64,000 nt of DNA from Podospora anserina (lineage: Eukaryota), in NCBI GenBank assembly GCA_017654855.1, contig JAFMPO010000001.1, positions 248,001 through 312,000 of the forward strand, in the 5' to 3' direction. Position 1 is the stretch's first letter. Every line of letters begins with the position of its first letter. Positions 1 through 11,026 of this stretch are shown in pieces. Made by a program: the position numbers and the translations under genes. The notes under the pieces were generated by a model, which worked only from the letters and a program-made list of their open reading frames with translations, did not search any database and was not told where the DNA came from.

Positions 1-230
1 GGAACAACTGGCAACGGGCGCAACGAGGTGGTGAAGAAGAGCCGTTTTATTACAATGCGGATGGGTTTCATAGTGCCTTTTGGACGCTGACAGATGCCGG
101 GAGACGCATCTACGAAGAGAAATGGGGTCATAGAGGTTGTGACTTGGCGTCTGGCACATCCCTGACGCTCAAGGACCAGTGGCGTGTGGAGAAGGACTGG
201 GAAAAGAAGAAGGAGGACAAGAAAAATTAA
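1..230 (+). CDS. 3' end of an uncharacterised fungal protein (partial, runs off window)
   Basis: Frame 3 is open from the window edge: NNWQRAQRGGEEEPFYYNADGF...YEEKWGHRGCDL...KKN, TAA at 228-230; AT-rich 3' region follows. Confidence 0.7.
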   Translation, partial: NNWQRAQRGGEEEPFYYNADGFHSAFWTLTDAGRRIYEEKWGHRGCDLASGTSLTLKDQWRVEKDWEKKKEDKKN

Positions 231-440
231 TACCTTGGCTGATACAAAGGCCCTTAATGTTGGCGCATGATGGGAGTTCTTGCATTTGAAATGGAAAGTA
301 TCACAATGAAAATTGTTGCTTATTCCACATTGAAGTTAACTCAAGCGTAAAGGTCGAACAAACACGCCTCGAACGCCAGAACCATTATCAATGACCGATC
401 GCTCCCTTGCTTGACCCGCCGCCTTGCTTGACCCGCCGCT

Positions 441-713
441 CTATTTAGAATCCTTGCTGAAGAATGCACCCTCGCCACCAAGCTCCTCGAGCTTCTGCTT
501 GGAGTTTTCCTTGGACTGCTCGCTTGTGTCTTGGACTTTTGTTAGTACGAGGGTCTTGACGTGGACAGCTAACTTTGACTTACTTGGGTTGCTCAAATTG
601 GCCTTGTGGCCGCGGGCCTGGTTGCTAATCTCCTCGGGAGCCTGAAGGGCATTTTCCTGAGCCGCATCGCCGACGATGTCACGCTGCTTGGGGTTCTTGC
701 GGAGTTCAGGCAT
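441..713 (-). CDS. Conidiation protein 6 (Con-6) family small protein
   Basis: Removing a 54-nt intron at 583-530 (GTAAGT..CTAAC..AAG) gives ARGHKANLSNPNTSEQSKENSKQKLEEL, the Con-6 motif. Confidence 0.85.
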   Translation of the reverse strand: MPELRKNPKQRDIVGDAAQENALQAPEEISNQARGHKANLSNPSKSKLAVHVKTLVLTKVQDTSEQSKENSKQKLEELGGEGAFFSKDSK

Positions 714-1147
714 GGTGATTGGTTTGACGAAGACTTGTCAAATGTCCTTGTGTGTTGATTGATGTGCTAATGGGCTGTTCAATTGCTGAGTGGATTGGGT
801 TTCAACTCGTGTCAATGCGAAGGTGAAATTAAAAGACTCTGCGACTCGCGGCCTGGTCCGCTCTAAATAAGTAGGTAGGCACCTTGATATGAAGCATTGC
901 TTTATTTATGACTCGTGACGCCATCAGTACATCATGACCATTGCTGTGCACCTGGCATGACATCACCACTCCGTATCAAACGGTGAAAGCTCGGAACACA
1001 TCATTTGGCAGACAATGACAAACTCTTTGATGATTGGATGAATTTTTGACAATGAAACGCACAACAAACAAACAAACAAACACCAAAGTTCGTCATGACC
1101 ATCTGCGCCCAGAAGCCCATCCCTGCTTGCAGCTGTCTTCACCACTT

Positions 1148-3559
1148 CTAGGTACCCTGAACAACGCTTGCGGCTTCCTCATCATTGCCAGGGGAAGTCA
1201 GTTTGATGACCAGCTCGGGATCCCGCGAATAGACACGGAGTCCAACAACAGCAACAGCGTTCCAGAGCGAAGGTTGATCCTCATCATCCTCCTCTTCGTC
1301 CTCGTCATTGTCATTTTCTTGCCTTCCCTGCCCACCTTGTTGGATTTCTTCACGACCGGCCGCAGCAGCTTGTGCCTCATCAGACCCTCCAGGTGTCTCC
1401 TCGCCAGTCTCAGTAACACTCGCCTTTTCTGCCTCTTCGTCCTCCTGTTCGGTTTCCCACCCATCACTAGAATCACCCTTCTTCTCCTCCTCCTTCTTGA
1501 AGGCCTTGGCATGGGCGAGATCAAAGCTTAAACCGACCTGCCTCAGCTTTTCTGGGCGGCGCCGAGCTGAGGCCTTGACAATCGCCTCGACAGGAGGCTT
1601 GCTTGTGTCGCGCTCGGCAGTGATCTTGGGCAGGACCTCGTAGATGCCTGGCTCAAGATCAATCTCGCAGTTGATGGACCGATTGGCGCGAAAGAAGTTC
1701 TCAGCCTGCGGACGGACGCGGCAGAGGTAGTCCCCTGGCTCGGCACCTTGCTTCTGGAGGATGAAGTGCAGAAGAAACGAGTATTCTCCCTCAAGGCCGT
1801 TGAAGTAACGGGTATCCAGCTGTCAAATGTCAGTCGAAGGCACTGGAGAAAATGCGGAGGTCAAGTTACCTGTTGCAGAACAAAGACAGCAGTGGTGGCT
1901 GTTTTGACCTCGATAACGAACTTGCGTTGCAAGTACCCAGAAACCCAGGCAACATTGACGTTTGTCCATTCTTGAGCCACGGCCCACTCGTCATCGAAGA
2001 GACGAGTGCGGTATAAATTAGTGAATGTGTGAAGCATGTCGTTGTAGCTCATCCAGAACACGCCGTCGTCTTCGAAGCGGTAGTCAAGTTTGGTGAGCCA
2101 GTATGGAGTCCACTCTTTTGAGCCGTCCGACCACGGGCCGGTCCATTCGCCCATGCCGTCGCCACCGCGTGCACCCCAGGGGTTTCTACATCATCATTAG
2201 TATCAGGGTTTGATGCTATCTCGAAGTTCTAATGGAAAGAAAGGAAGAAGGAGAAAAAAAAGGGGGGGGGGAAGAAGACAAGACGAAACAGGACTTGGAG
2301 CGAGCAGAAAGATAAACAAACCTGATCTTGACCAGTCTAACGGTCTTGCCATCCTCTCCCTCCTCCTCTCTAGCGGCCAAAAGAGAGTAGGCGTGCGCGT
2401 TGGCCAGTCCGTTCTTGTCCGAGCCATTCCTGTCCAAGATATCCAGCCCAAAGACAAAGTTCCCATTCTCATTCACCAACTCCTTCCATAATTTCTCCTT
2501 GAAGAGGACATCCTCCAACGCCAGCTCCGAATTGACCCCCCCGGTCAAATCCTCCACGCCCTCACCAACCCACCCACCCCAAATAGCGTGATAGTCCCCA
2601 TGGGCCTTGGCATACGCCTTCTCCAACAACGGCAACCAAGTCTCGTTTTCCTCCCGACAGGCCGCAAAATACAACGCCTGGCTCCCCGTCTGCTTATCCC
2701 TCCTCCACTTCTTCACAATGGCGTTACTCGGATCATGCCCTCCCCCCTCATAATCCCCGTTCGTCAAACACAAGTGATCATCCACCACGGTATACACCCA
2801 CTCGCCATCCCGATAAAACACAAACCCATACACCCCGCACTCCTCATCCCTCGCGACGCAAATCTTGTCCATCAGCTCCCGCCGATGACAGATGGTAGCC
2901 ACGGCAGACAACCACCAGCAATCAAGGCTGTTGCTCCCCTGCATTATGTCCGAACTGCTAAACCCATCCACCTCGAACTTGGGGTCCTCAAAGATCCACC
3001 CAACTCTGTGCACCGCCTTCGGCTCGGGGTCATAGTCCTCATCATTGTCCCCTTCCTGCTCCTCGTCAAGCACTCTCTTCCCCATAATCTTCCTCAGCAC
3101 CGGCACCGTCAACTGAAGACAGTCCGTCCCGTCAAAGACTTGCATCCTCTCCAGCGTCCCGAGGGCATCCTCAACGGCGGCGGGGTTGCCCTTGGCAGGA
3201 GGGGACCGCCAGTTCAAACCCAGCAGACAGTCCCACTGGTTTCCCTTGAGGTCAAAGTCGGGGTCGGTGAACTTGGAGTTGGTGCGGTGGCAGTCCCGGA
3301 CGATGCGGGCGATTTTGGCGCGGCAGGCGTCTGCCGCGGCGGCGTAGGAGGCGCCAAAGTTGGTGGTGGTTGGGGAGGTTGTGGTGTCATATTTGGAGAG
3401 GGCTGAGGGGCGAGGGAGGAGGGAAGAATAGAGGGAGGGTGGGAAGATGGTGGTGACTTTGCCGGGGGATTTGGTGATGTACCTGTCCCAGAAATTATGG
3501 ACTTGCTGTTGGGGTGGTTTCTTGCTTTTGAAGGCTGCTGGGGAGTGCTCGCAGGACAT
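1148..3559 (-). CDS. Calpain-like cysteine protease (peptidase C2), two introns
   Basis: Catalytic motifs QGSNSLDCWWLSA, AHAYSLL and RNPWG (across the intron), plus WLPLLEKAYAKAHG and DDGVFWMS. The last exon translates openly to WNAVAVVGLRVYS...QGT, TAG at 1150-1148. Confidence 0.92.
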
Positions 3560-4222
3560 CTCGACGGTGGCGGTTGATGTTCTTCGGCGGGTTGAGGTTG
3601 ATGTCTCTAAGGAGGACGGTAGTTGTCGGGACAGAATTGCTGTCTCTTTTTATCTTGCCCATCTTTTTCTCAGCTGAGCCCAGATTCTGTCGTCTCTGCG
3701 GTGAGCATACCCAATACGCCCCCCTCCCCTCCCCTGTGCTGCATTTTCGATAGTGCCGTCTGGCCAATTACCATCTCCGAAGCGGCTGACTCAAGACGGT
3801 CAACTTGCAAGCCCGCTTTTGTCATCGCAATCCTTGGACTAAAACCACAGGATATCAGTAAGCGCAAAGTCTTGGTTGTCCAGAATTGGATATGTTGCGG
3901 TTTACGGAGCATGGTCCGTTGCAAAGTGGTCAAACAGAGGGCAGAATCGCAATGGTATCTGGATTTCGCTAAGGTAAAATAGCATAGCAAGAGCGCAAAG
4001 AAAAAGCTCTGTCCTGTCGCAGGAGGGCCCACCGGTCAGACAGCACCGAGGTCCTGTCGCCCCATCAATTCTTCCACCTCCTGCCCATCGTGCCCCCAAA
4101 ACTCCTTTCCGAAATCATGTCGCCCAATTCCATCAAAGTGACTCGCAATACACAGAAACACATCATCTCGTTCGGTTATTAATTCATCGGGCAGCGATCG
4201 TCGTTGTGGGGTGTCGGGCTGT

Positions 4223-4854
4223 TTAGAAGCAGCAGTCGAGGCACTCGAGGCAGCATTCGCAGGTCTCTCCGCAGAGCCAGCAGCAGCACATGGCAGCAAC
4301 GCTGTGATGAAGGTCAGTGATATGTCCATGTCTTGGCGGTCGAAAGTGGGTGGTGATCGGGATCTGCCATATCGCTGTCGGTTTGTAGGGCATGCTCGAA
4401 TCATAAAAAAGCGACCCTAGCCCTGCAGCACGATCTACAGGCTCTCGTCAACCACCCTGAGAGAAAAACTCACCAGGTGTAGAGGCAGCCGTGGCTCTTC
4501 TCCTCCTTGGGAGGGGGCGCTTGCTGGTACTGCATCTGCTGCTGGGGAGGGGGATAGCCCTGGGGAGGGTAGCCCTGTGGGGGGTACCCTCCATCCGGTG
4601 GGGGATAGCCCTGAGGAGGGTACCCCTGGGGAGGTGCTTGGGGGTAGTAGCCACTGTGTGTCGAATCTCGTCAGTCTCGTGTCGGTGGCGGACGGCCGTA
4701 GTTCATTGTCCAGGCTCATTTGGCAGTTTGCGACCAGTCACCCGCAGCGCAAACTCGAGTGCTTCAATCGCCGTCGGAAAACAAGGGCCACAGCCAAACG
4801 CAGGATCGTGGGGAGGATAGGCACATACCCCTGCTGAGGAGGATATCCAGACAT
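4223..4854 (-). CDS. CYSTM (cysteine-rich transmembrane module) protein with GYPPQ repeats, 94 aa
   Basis: Exons 4854-4829, 4653-4474 and 4301-4223 with canonical GT/AG give MSGYPPQQGGYYPQAPPQGYPPQ...[34 protein letters not shown]. Not shown in the correct frame by the ORF track. Confidence 0.9.
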
Positions 4855-5769
4855 GTTTTGGTTGCGGTTGCGACGGTGAAATTCACGGGGATCTCGCTGT
4901 TGACTTTGCAAAAGGAATCAACAGATGAAAGGGCGGTGGATGACCTTTTTGACAGTCGACGACACGCGGCGGGAACAGGCAGGTGGATTCACTGAGCGCT
5001 GCGTGTCGCCAGGATTGATTCATTAGGTCTGTGGTCGCGCCCAGGGGGCCAAGCTCCGCCAAGGAAGGTCATGATGCCGTCTCATCCGAGTGTCTGGCTG
5101 CAGTGCGCAATGATACCAGGAGGCCGCCCTGCGCACCTCCAAACAGTCAATTATGTTTCGATCGACGGGGCATATTTTGGCATACCTATAAATGCTCCGT
5201 ACAGCAATTCCCATTACTGAGTGTGGTGCCTTGTTGAGTCTGGTGTCCAAACCACTGCAAACAGGTTATTATTGGGTTTGGCGCGCGCCATCACAGATCG
5301 GCGCCACAGTCGGATCACAGTGGGGCCGTTCCCGGGTATCGGCCTTGGCAGAACTCAGGGTCCTCTTCCTCCCGGCTCACGGCACCTACAGAGGCCTGGA
5401 CCCTCCGGATCTGTGCAACGGAGATAAGGATAACCATCGACCACCAAAAAGAAACAAGACACCAGAAATCTCATAAATCCGCGACTTCATGAGGTCCATC
5501 CAATGCAGCATAGAGTAAATATGCGGATACTGAAGGGAAAATATCACAGGCGCCGTCAGTCGGTTTCTGATTTGGGTTCCATGACGATCATCGGACCCAC
5601 TGGCAATGCCGTTTTCTTTGAAGATGCCAAGAAACCGTGTAAACAAACCCCCCTGATCTAGCACGCTGTGCCCCTGAATGAGATAGATACACCACTGTGA
5701 CATAATGTCTGTACAGCGTTGGAGGACCTTGGAACAAGCCCTCTCCACCCCTTAACTATTCCTTTGTTA

Positions 5770-6360
5770 CAGCTTGAACAATATCGGAATCTGGACGTGG
5801 ACAATTTCCATTTCCGTTCTGGGACCTGAGCAGTCGCCGCTTTAACCTGACCAGAAGTGGAGATATCCTGAGCAGTGGGAGTAAGAGCCTGAGTAAGGCC
5901 TAAGCAGGGTGAGCAAAGTATGGAGCAGGGTGAGCAAACTCTAAGTACGGTAAGTAATAGTTAAATCTACCTAAGACTAGGCTAGAGGTAAACTATAGTA
6001 GAGCTATTTTTAAAGTATATACCTATTCTACGGTAATTATTAATAATATTATAGAGGGGTTTAAATAGAAGTGATTAAAAATTAAAGTAAATAAAGGAAG
6101 AAAGATTTATTATTTAGTATGTTTCTGGGTTAGAGATATCGGCAGACAGGTTTGTAAAGGTATTATAAAGGGAAAAATCCGCGAAGTTTATATAGTTATG
6201 AGGAATGCGAGATTTTCCGGGTCAAGATATATAAAAGGACGTATTTTAACTAGGGAAAAAAGCTATTAGAGTATGGGAAAAAGAAGTTAAGGGACACGGA
6301 AGGCATGTATTAAGCTTAGGAGGATATTCGTAATAGCTTCAGTTTTAACGGCAGTGTACT
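5770..6360 (+). mobile_element. RIP-degraded DNA transposon left end
   Basis: TA followed by CAGCTTGAACAATATCGGAAT, subterminal TGAGCA repeats, then TA-rich sequence typical of RIP. Confidence 0.6.
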
Positions 6361-6570
6361 GTCTGTGGGGGGGGGGGGTGGGGCGCCTGCAAGGCCCACC
6401 TCTTTCACCAGACCCACAGCTGGTGTTTGCTACTGGGGTATATTTCTGTTGGTTTTCCACACTCTGTAATTTTACCTGAAAAAAACCACAATAATATCAA
6501 TTTGTTGATCAATTCTCCTGCTTTTCTGGCCTCACTTTCGCGTGCAGCGACTTCACTAGGCCGCCGCCCT

Positions 6571-6655
6571 ACACAAGATGCCTCAATGTAAACACTCAGG
6601 ATACCGTGAATACAAGCTGTGATTGCATACTGCGGAAGTATCTACTCTAGCCAAC
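6571..6655 (-). mobile_element. Internal fragment of a crapaud-like LTR
   Basis: CTCAATGTAAACACT..GATACCGTGAATACAAGCTG..TTGCATACTGCGGAA matches the reverse complement of 31005-31080 in the solo LTR. Confidence 0.8.
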
Positions 6656-7326
6656 TAACCAAGTGTTGTCCACTGCTTTCGCGAGAATCCAAAAGCTTCT
6701 GGATCAAATTCTCAGACATTTACTGTAGCCCTCTGATGCCGTAGTACCCCGGTGTCAGGCTCTCGTCGGAAGACAACAGGGTCTTGTTTTGTCCTTCCTT
6801 TATTTTGATGTTAAATCGGGTGGCTTAGTAGGATTCCCTTTCTCCCTCTAAGATGGAGCCGATGAAGGGGTAAAGGTCAGCTTATCCTTTGGTCAAGTTC
6901 TCGCCACTTGATGTCTGGGTAGCATTTCGATCCCCAGATGTCTTGTGCAGAATGCTTCCTGTGTCTAATGCAGAACCTCTGCATGAACGGGACTGTTTGG
7001 CGGGGGTTGGCTTCTTGGTGTTCAGTGAGAAGGTCTCGGTCGACTTCTTTCTTACAAAGAGGGCAAACCGCTGGTTTGAGCGCGGGGAGATGTATGGGAG
7101 ACACTGGCGGTTCTGATAGAGAGCAGATGAATGGGTATTGAAGAGATTTGAGTTTTCCTTCTGAGAGCTTTTGTGCTTTTTGGGGCCGATCCCATTTGCC
7201 ACTCGGATTATCACTGAACTGTGAAGAGTCTTGCGCGGACTCCTGCGAGTCAGGTATAACAAACTGAGAGCTTAGAATGGCCCCCAGATCTTGACGGGGT
7301 GCTTCCCTGGTTGAGCTCGACATCAT
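6655..7326 (-). pseudogene. RTC4-like domain pseudogene
   Basis: CPLCKKEVD..MQRFCIRH..SAQDIW..YPDIKW..LDQRI, then in-frame stops, TPGYYGIRG and *MSENLI. These resemble fungal RTC4-domain proteins; the 3' end is cut by the LTR fragment. Confidence 0.65.
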
Positions 7327-8002
7327 CTGCTTCAGCCCAGGAGATCAGCCCTGCTCCTCGAGGGCTGTGTGGTGTTTGGGACCCAATTGCTGTGCCTGGC
7401 CTCGAGCTTGGAGTGAACAGAGTCAGACGGATGTGGGATAAATAAGGTACCATATATTTTCGGCTTCGCTCGGACTGCTCTGTGCTCTTTTTCAGTAAGG
7501 AGTGAAATTCGAGAGCTTCAAGAAAGGTGCAGAAAGTGCCCTAATATATTTCATCAGGCCAACTAGGATCAGCTTTTAGTAATCCGGGCCTCTCGGCTGC
7601 GAAGTCTGACCCCTGGAAGATACGGAGACATTGTGGATGAACGCTTTAGCTCGGTGGTGTTGCAGGATTCATAAGATCCTGCCGTCGGCTACGCCGGGTA
7701 TCCTGCGACATTGGGGTTGAACCGTGTAATCACTGTCGGGTGCTAGTAAGGTTAGTCGTCATGTCGGGTAGCTGTGGACAGCAGTGAGTGTCCATACCAC
7801 TGTGCACTTTGACGATTCCTGTGACAAGGGCTGGAGTTCAGGGCTTGGAACAACATAGGTTCAATTCATTTCAATAATCTTCAGTGGCCTCAAGATCCTT
7901 GATGAGGAATCTTTTCATGTGAGAAAATGCCACTGAGAAGGAAGCGCGATAACAGCGGCATTCGGTGGGACTGTGGGCTGTTGTGTTGATAATATCGGTA
8001 GA

Positions 8003-8933
8003 CATGTCAAAGCCTTGAAACCTGTCTTCTAGGAGGTGGCGAGAAGCCGCTGTCTTGAGACGGGCATGGGGTTAAGCGCTCAGGCCCCATGCGCGTCGAA
8101 CTGAACAGAAACACCCAAGTTGGCTGCCAGCTCTCTTTACATTTGCTTTGCAATTCTTCCTTTGAACGACACAAGGGAATATGTACAGAGCGAGGGCGAC
8201 AGTGCCAGGACATTCTACACGAAAATCTCTGGACTCATCAAGTTCGCCTTACCATTCATAGTCGAACGGTCAGAATCAGGACCTCTAGGCCCAACCAATG
8301 TCAACCAGACCATTGACTTTACTTGGGGATGCGGAAAGCGTCGCCTTACGATAGGAGATCCTAATAAGCCTGAGATGATTGATGCCGCAAAATGGATGGG
8401 AGGTGAAGGAAATCACAATTGGATATGGCTAGAAAAAGAGAAAAGAGGGTAAGTATAATCGCCTCATATCGATAGCTCCGTACTGATACGTATAATATAG
8501 ATACTGCCATAAATACAAATGCTTCGTTGGAGTAGTATATGACGGCCTGTCCCTCCTGATCCTTGTATTCCAAGCTCAGACGGTTCAGAATATCCGGGAG
8601 GAAAACTGCCAGGTTAGCGGCCTTCTTTTCTCAGGCAACAATGCATCATTACGCTATGGCCTCTTCCGGGCAGTGGCCCATCAGGTTCGAAGAATGCAAG
8701 CTGCCACAGCCCCGGCAGCGATAGTGGATGGTTATGTTCGCAGACACAATTGGTTGTCAGGGTATCCTTATTGGGTCAATGGACATGACGAAAATGAGGA
8801 ACACGAAGCGCATCCTAATGGCCATATACGGAAACTTAATCCGAGTGGCGCATGGTACTGGGCTGATACGAATGACAATCCCATCTTGGAGGAGAATGGT
8901 GAAACTGTTTGGGATACTTTTAGCCTCATGTGA
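8003..8933 (+). pseudogene. Decayed member of a fungal PD-(D/E)xK-like protein family
   Basis: Intron 8449-8500 joins ORFs 8120 and 8673 into one frame (SEGD..IDF..IGD..K..KRGYCHKYKC..YDG..LLILVFQA..LRYGLFR). Upstream in-frame stops at 8030 and 8102; the terminal TGA lies within the LTR end. Confidence 0.55.
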
Positions 8934-9015
8934 TGAACCACTCATCAGAACCTCTGAGAGGGAAACTGGTTGGAGGCTGCTTCTGAATGACGGTTCGGTG
9001 TAGCTAAAAGGTACA
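8929..9015 (-). mobile_element. 3' end fragment of a crapaud-like LTR
   Basis: TGTGATGAACC..CAGAACCTCTGAGAGGGAAACTGGTTG..GGTTCGGTGTAGCTAAA matches 10192-10272 and the reverse complement of the 31167 end. Confidence 0.85.
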
Positions 9016-9844
9016 TACAGTGTCACGGGTAGCACAGGTTGACAGGTTAATGACAGTATTATTCAGCTAAGCTACAGTCTGGGCTCTATTCCGTCGGTTA
9101 CAACTGGGACCTGGGACAATTGATTCATCTTTTTTGTATGCTTTCCGCAACTTCTTGCATATCTGGAACCTCGTACCCCGTGATCTCTTCCACCGTGCCC
9201 TTTCCCCCTCCAGGATGGCGACTTGATTCTCCAATCCCAGAGGATCTGGCCAACGCCCTCAAGCTCTTTCCCAAACATGCAATATTGTGTCTCGCCGGGA
9301 TACCGACCCTAACATCACCAGGCAAGTGCAGATTCTCGGCAGGATGTGAACTTGTGTTCGGCAGTGTGTCAGGTAAGGGTGCTTACATAGCTGCTATTGC
9401 GCTCGGGGAGTGCCGGCGTCCACTAGTGGCATGCAAATACAATCTGTACACTTGTTGCAAAATTCACCTCGCTCCAAAAGCATCCACGACATACTCGCCC
9501 GTGTTGGCGTCAGACATCTGGCTGCCCATTGTTCGTTGGTAAGAGATATGTTTGGGAAGCTGATTGTTTCCCGTCATTGCGGTAATTTTGAAGTGTGACA
9601 TATATATGCTACTTATCACCATAGCTGAGTCTCCCTGCCTCTCTGCCTTATGCTCTCTCATAGCTTGATCCAGCCGTTCCACAATCTTCGATGCGGAAAA
9701 GTGTGCCTTTCTTGGACTCGATGAAATGCTGGAGAAAATCGGGTGCTTTATCGTTATAGTTGTTGTTTTGACCTTGCATACGAGAACAATTTATGTTAGA
9801 TACGCTCGGCGATCTCAGAGTTATGAGTACTAACAGTTTAGATA

Positions 9845-10191
9845 CTAAGCGGAGGGAGGCATGGTTTTAGGGGGGCCGAAACGTTGCGCCGAGGTTCGGC
9901 AGGGAGGCTGCTGCCTGATACGAGTTCCCTGTGCCTCCCTTACCCGTCTCTTAATATCATCCTTTAAGGTCTCCAATCCATGCTCATTCGTTATTTTACT
10001 GGTAAGAGGCTCGGAAAGCTCAAAGTCGATAGCAACGATCCTCTGATGAACACGTAGGAAGTTGTGGAGCCTTGGATCCCCATGAAGAACCCCCTTTTCC
10101 GTAAGCAGGTCGTACATGTCCCGGAGTTCCTCAAGAAGGAGAGGATTATTTAGGTCTTTAATTGGGAGATTGTGTAGCGATACCTCTTTCA
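9845..10191 (-). pseudogene. C-terminal fragment of an atypical protein-kinase-like gene truncated by an LTR
   Basis: GVLHGDPRLHNFL (catalytic loop) and IDFE. The N-terminal part of the listed ORF is LTR sequence. Confidence 0.7.
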
Positions 10192-10586
10192 TGTGACGAA
10201 CCCCTCTCCAGAACCTCTGAAAGGGATACTGGTTGAAGGCACTTCTGAACAATCCTGGTTCGGTACAGCTAAACAGTGTACAACAAATGGCTTGTCTCAA
10301 TCACAATAGTCTTGATACCAACAACTGTGACCAGAATTGCATACTGCGGAACTGTCTATCTACACCAGCCAGTTCCTCCGTATATATAAAACTTAAGCCC
10401 CCAAGTACCTCCGTACCTGGCTCACTCCGGCTCCCTGGCTCACCTTTGCCAAGCAGTGAGCCTCCCCTCACCCTGCAGCCCTGCCGCTGTGTCTCTCTTC
10501 ACTGTTTAGCTATACCGAACCAGAATTGTTTAGAAGTGCCTTTAACTAGTATCACTTTTAGAGGTTCTGAATAGAGGTTCGTTACA
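10192..10586 (-). mobile_element. crapaud-like LTR with ~87-bp inverted termini
   Basis: TGTGAC...GTTACA ends, TATA box near 10381, homology to 30750-31167; no TSD (TTTCA vs TAATA). Confidence 0.9.
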
Positions 10587-11026
10587 TAATATAAAGGTAA
10601 AACGTAACTTATAATCTATATATTAATAAAAATATTAAAGTTAAATTCATAGATAAACTAGTATATATTTAATATTAAGTAAAAAGGAAGTTAGGTTACT
10701 AAGTATAAATTAACAATTTTTAAGAGCGTACCTTCTGAGGGATATTTACTTAACTAACGTTACGTAGTAAATAAATAAAATATACTCTAAATAATTCCCA
10801 AGTTAAGTAAGTAAATATTAAGTAATCTCTGAGTAGCGTAAATAGACCCTAAATAGTCCCTAATTCAGGTAAGTAAATCCTGAGCAATCTGTAAGCAAAG
10901 TAAGTAGAAAGTGAGCAGACTGGAGCCGAAGATGAGCCGGTCCTGAGCTCCGCTTGATTTAGTTTGGATAAAGCGGCGAGAAGTCACGTGGCAAATTGTG
11001 AGCACATTCCGGTGTTGTTACAGCTA
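10587..11026 (+). mobile_element. RIP-degraded DNA transposon right end
   Basis: AT-rich, TGAGCA subterminal repeats, ends ATTCCGGTGTTGTTACAGCTA then TA; inverse-similar to the 5770 end. Confidence 0.6.

Noticed and set aside
4435-4719. Apparent frameshift in the GYPPQ region
   Set aside because: Counting the G run shows the spliced frame is continuous.
9070-9700. Possible pseudogene fragments (also 5386-5748, 11300-12500, 32670-33150, 59152-59385)
   Set aside because: No recognisable domain or consistent splice model.
8003-10191. Spok-type meiotic driver (nuclease plus kinase)
   Set aside because: The two fragments are on opposite strands as separate genes, with no coiled-coil or Cys-cluster architecture.
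5770-11026. Starship element
   Set aside because: No tyrosine-recombinase captain is visible and the block is small.
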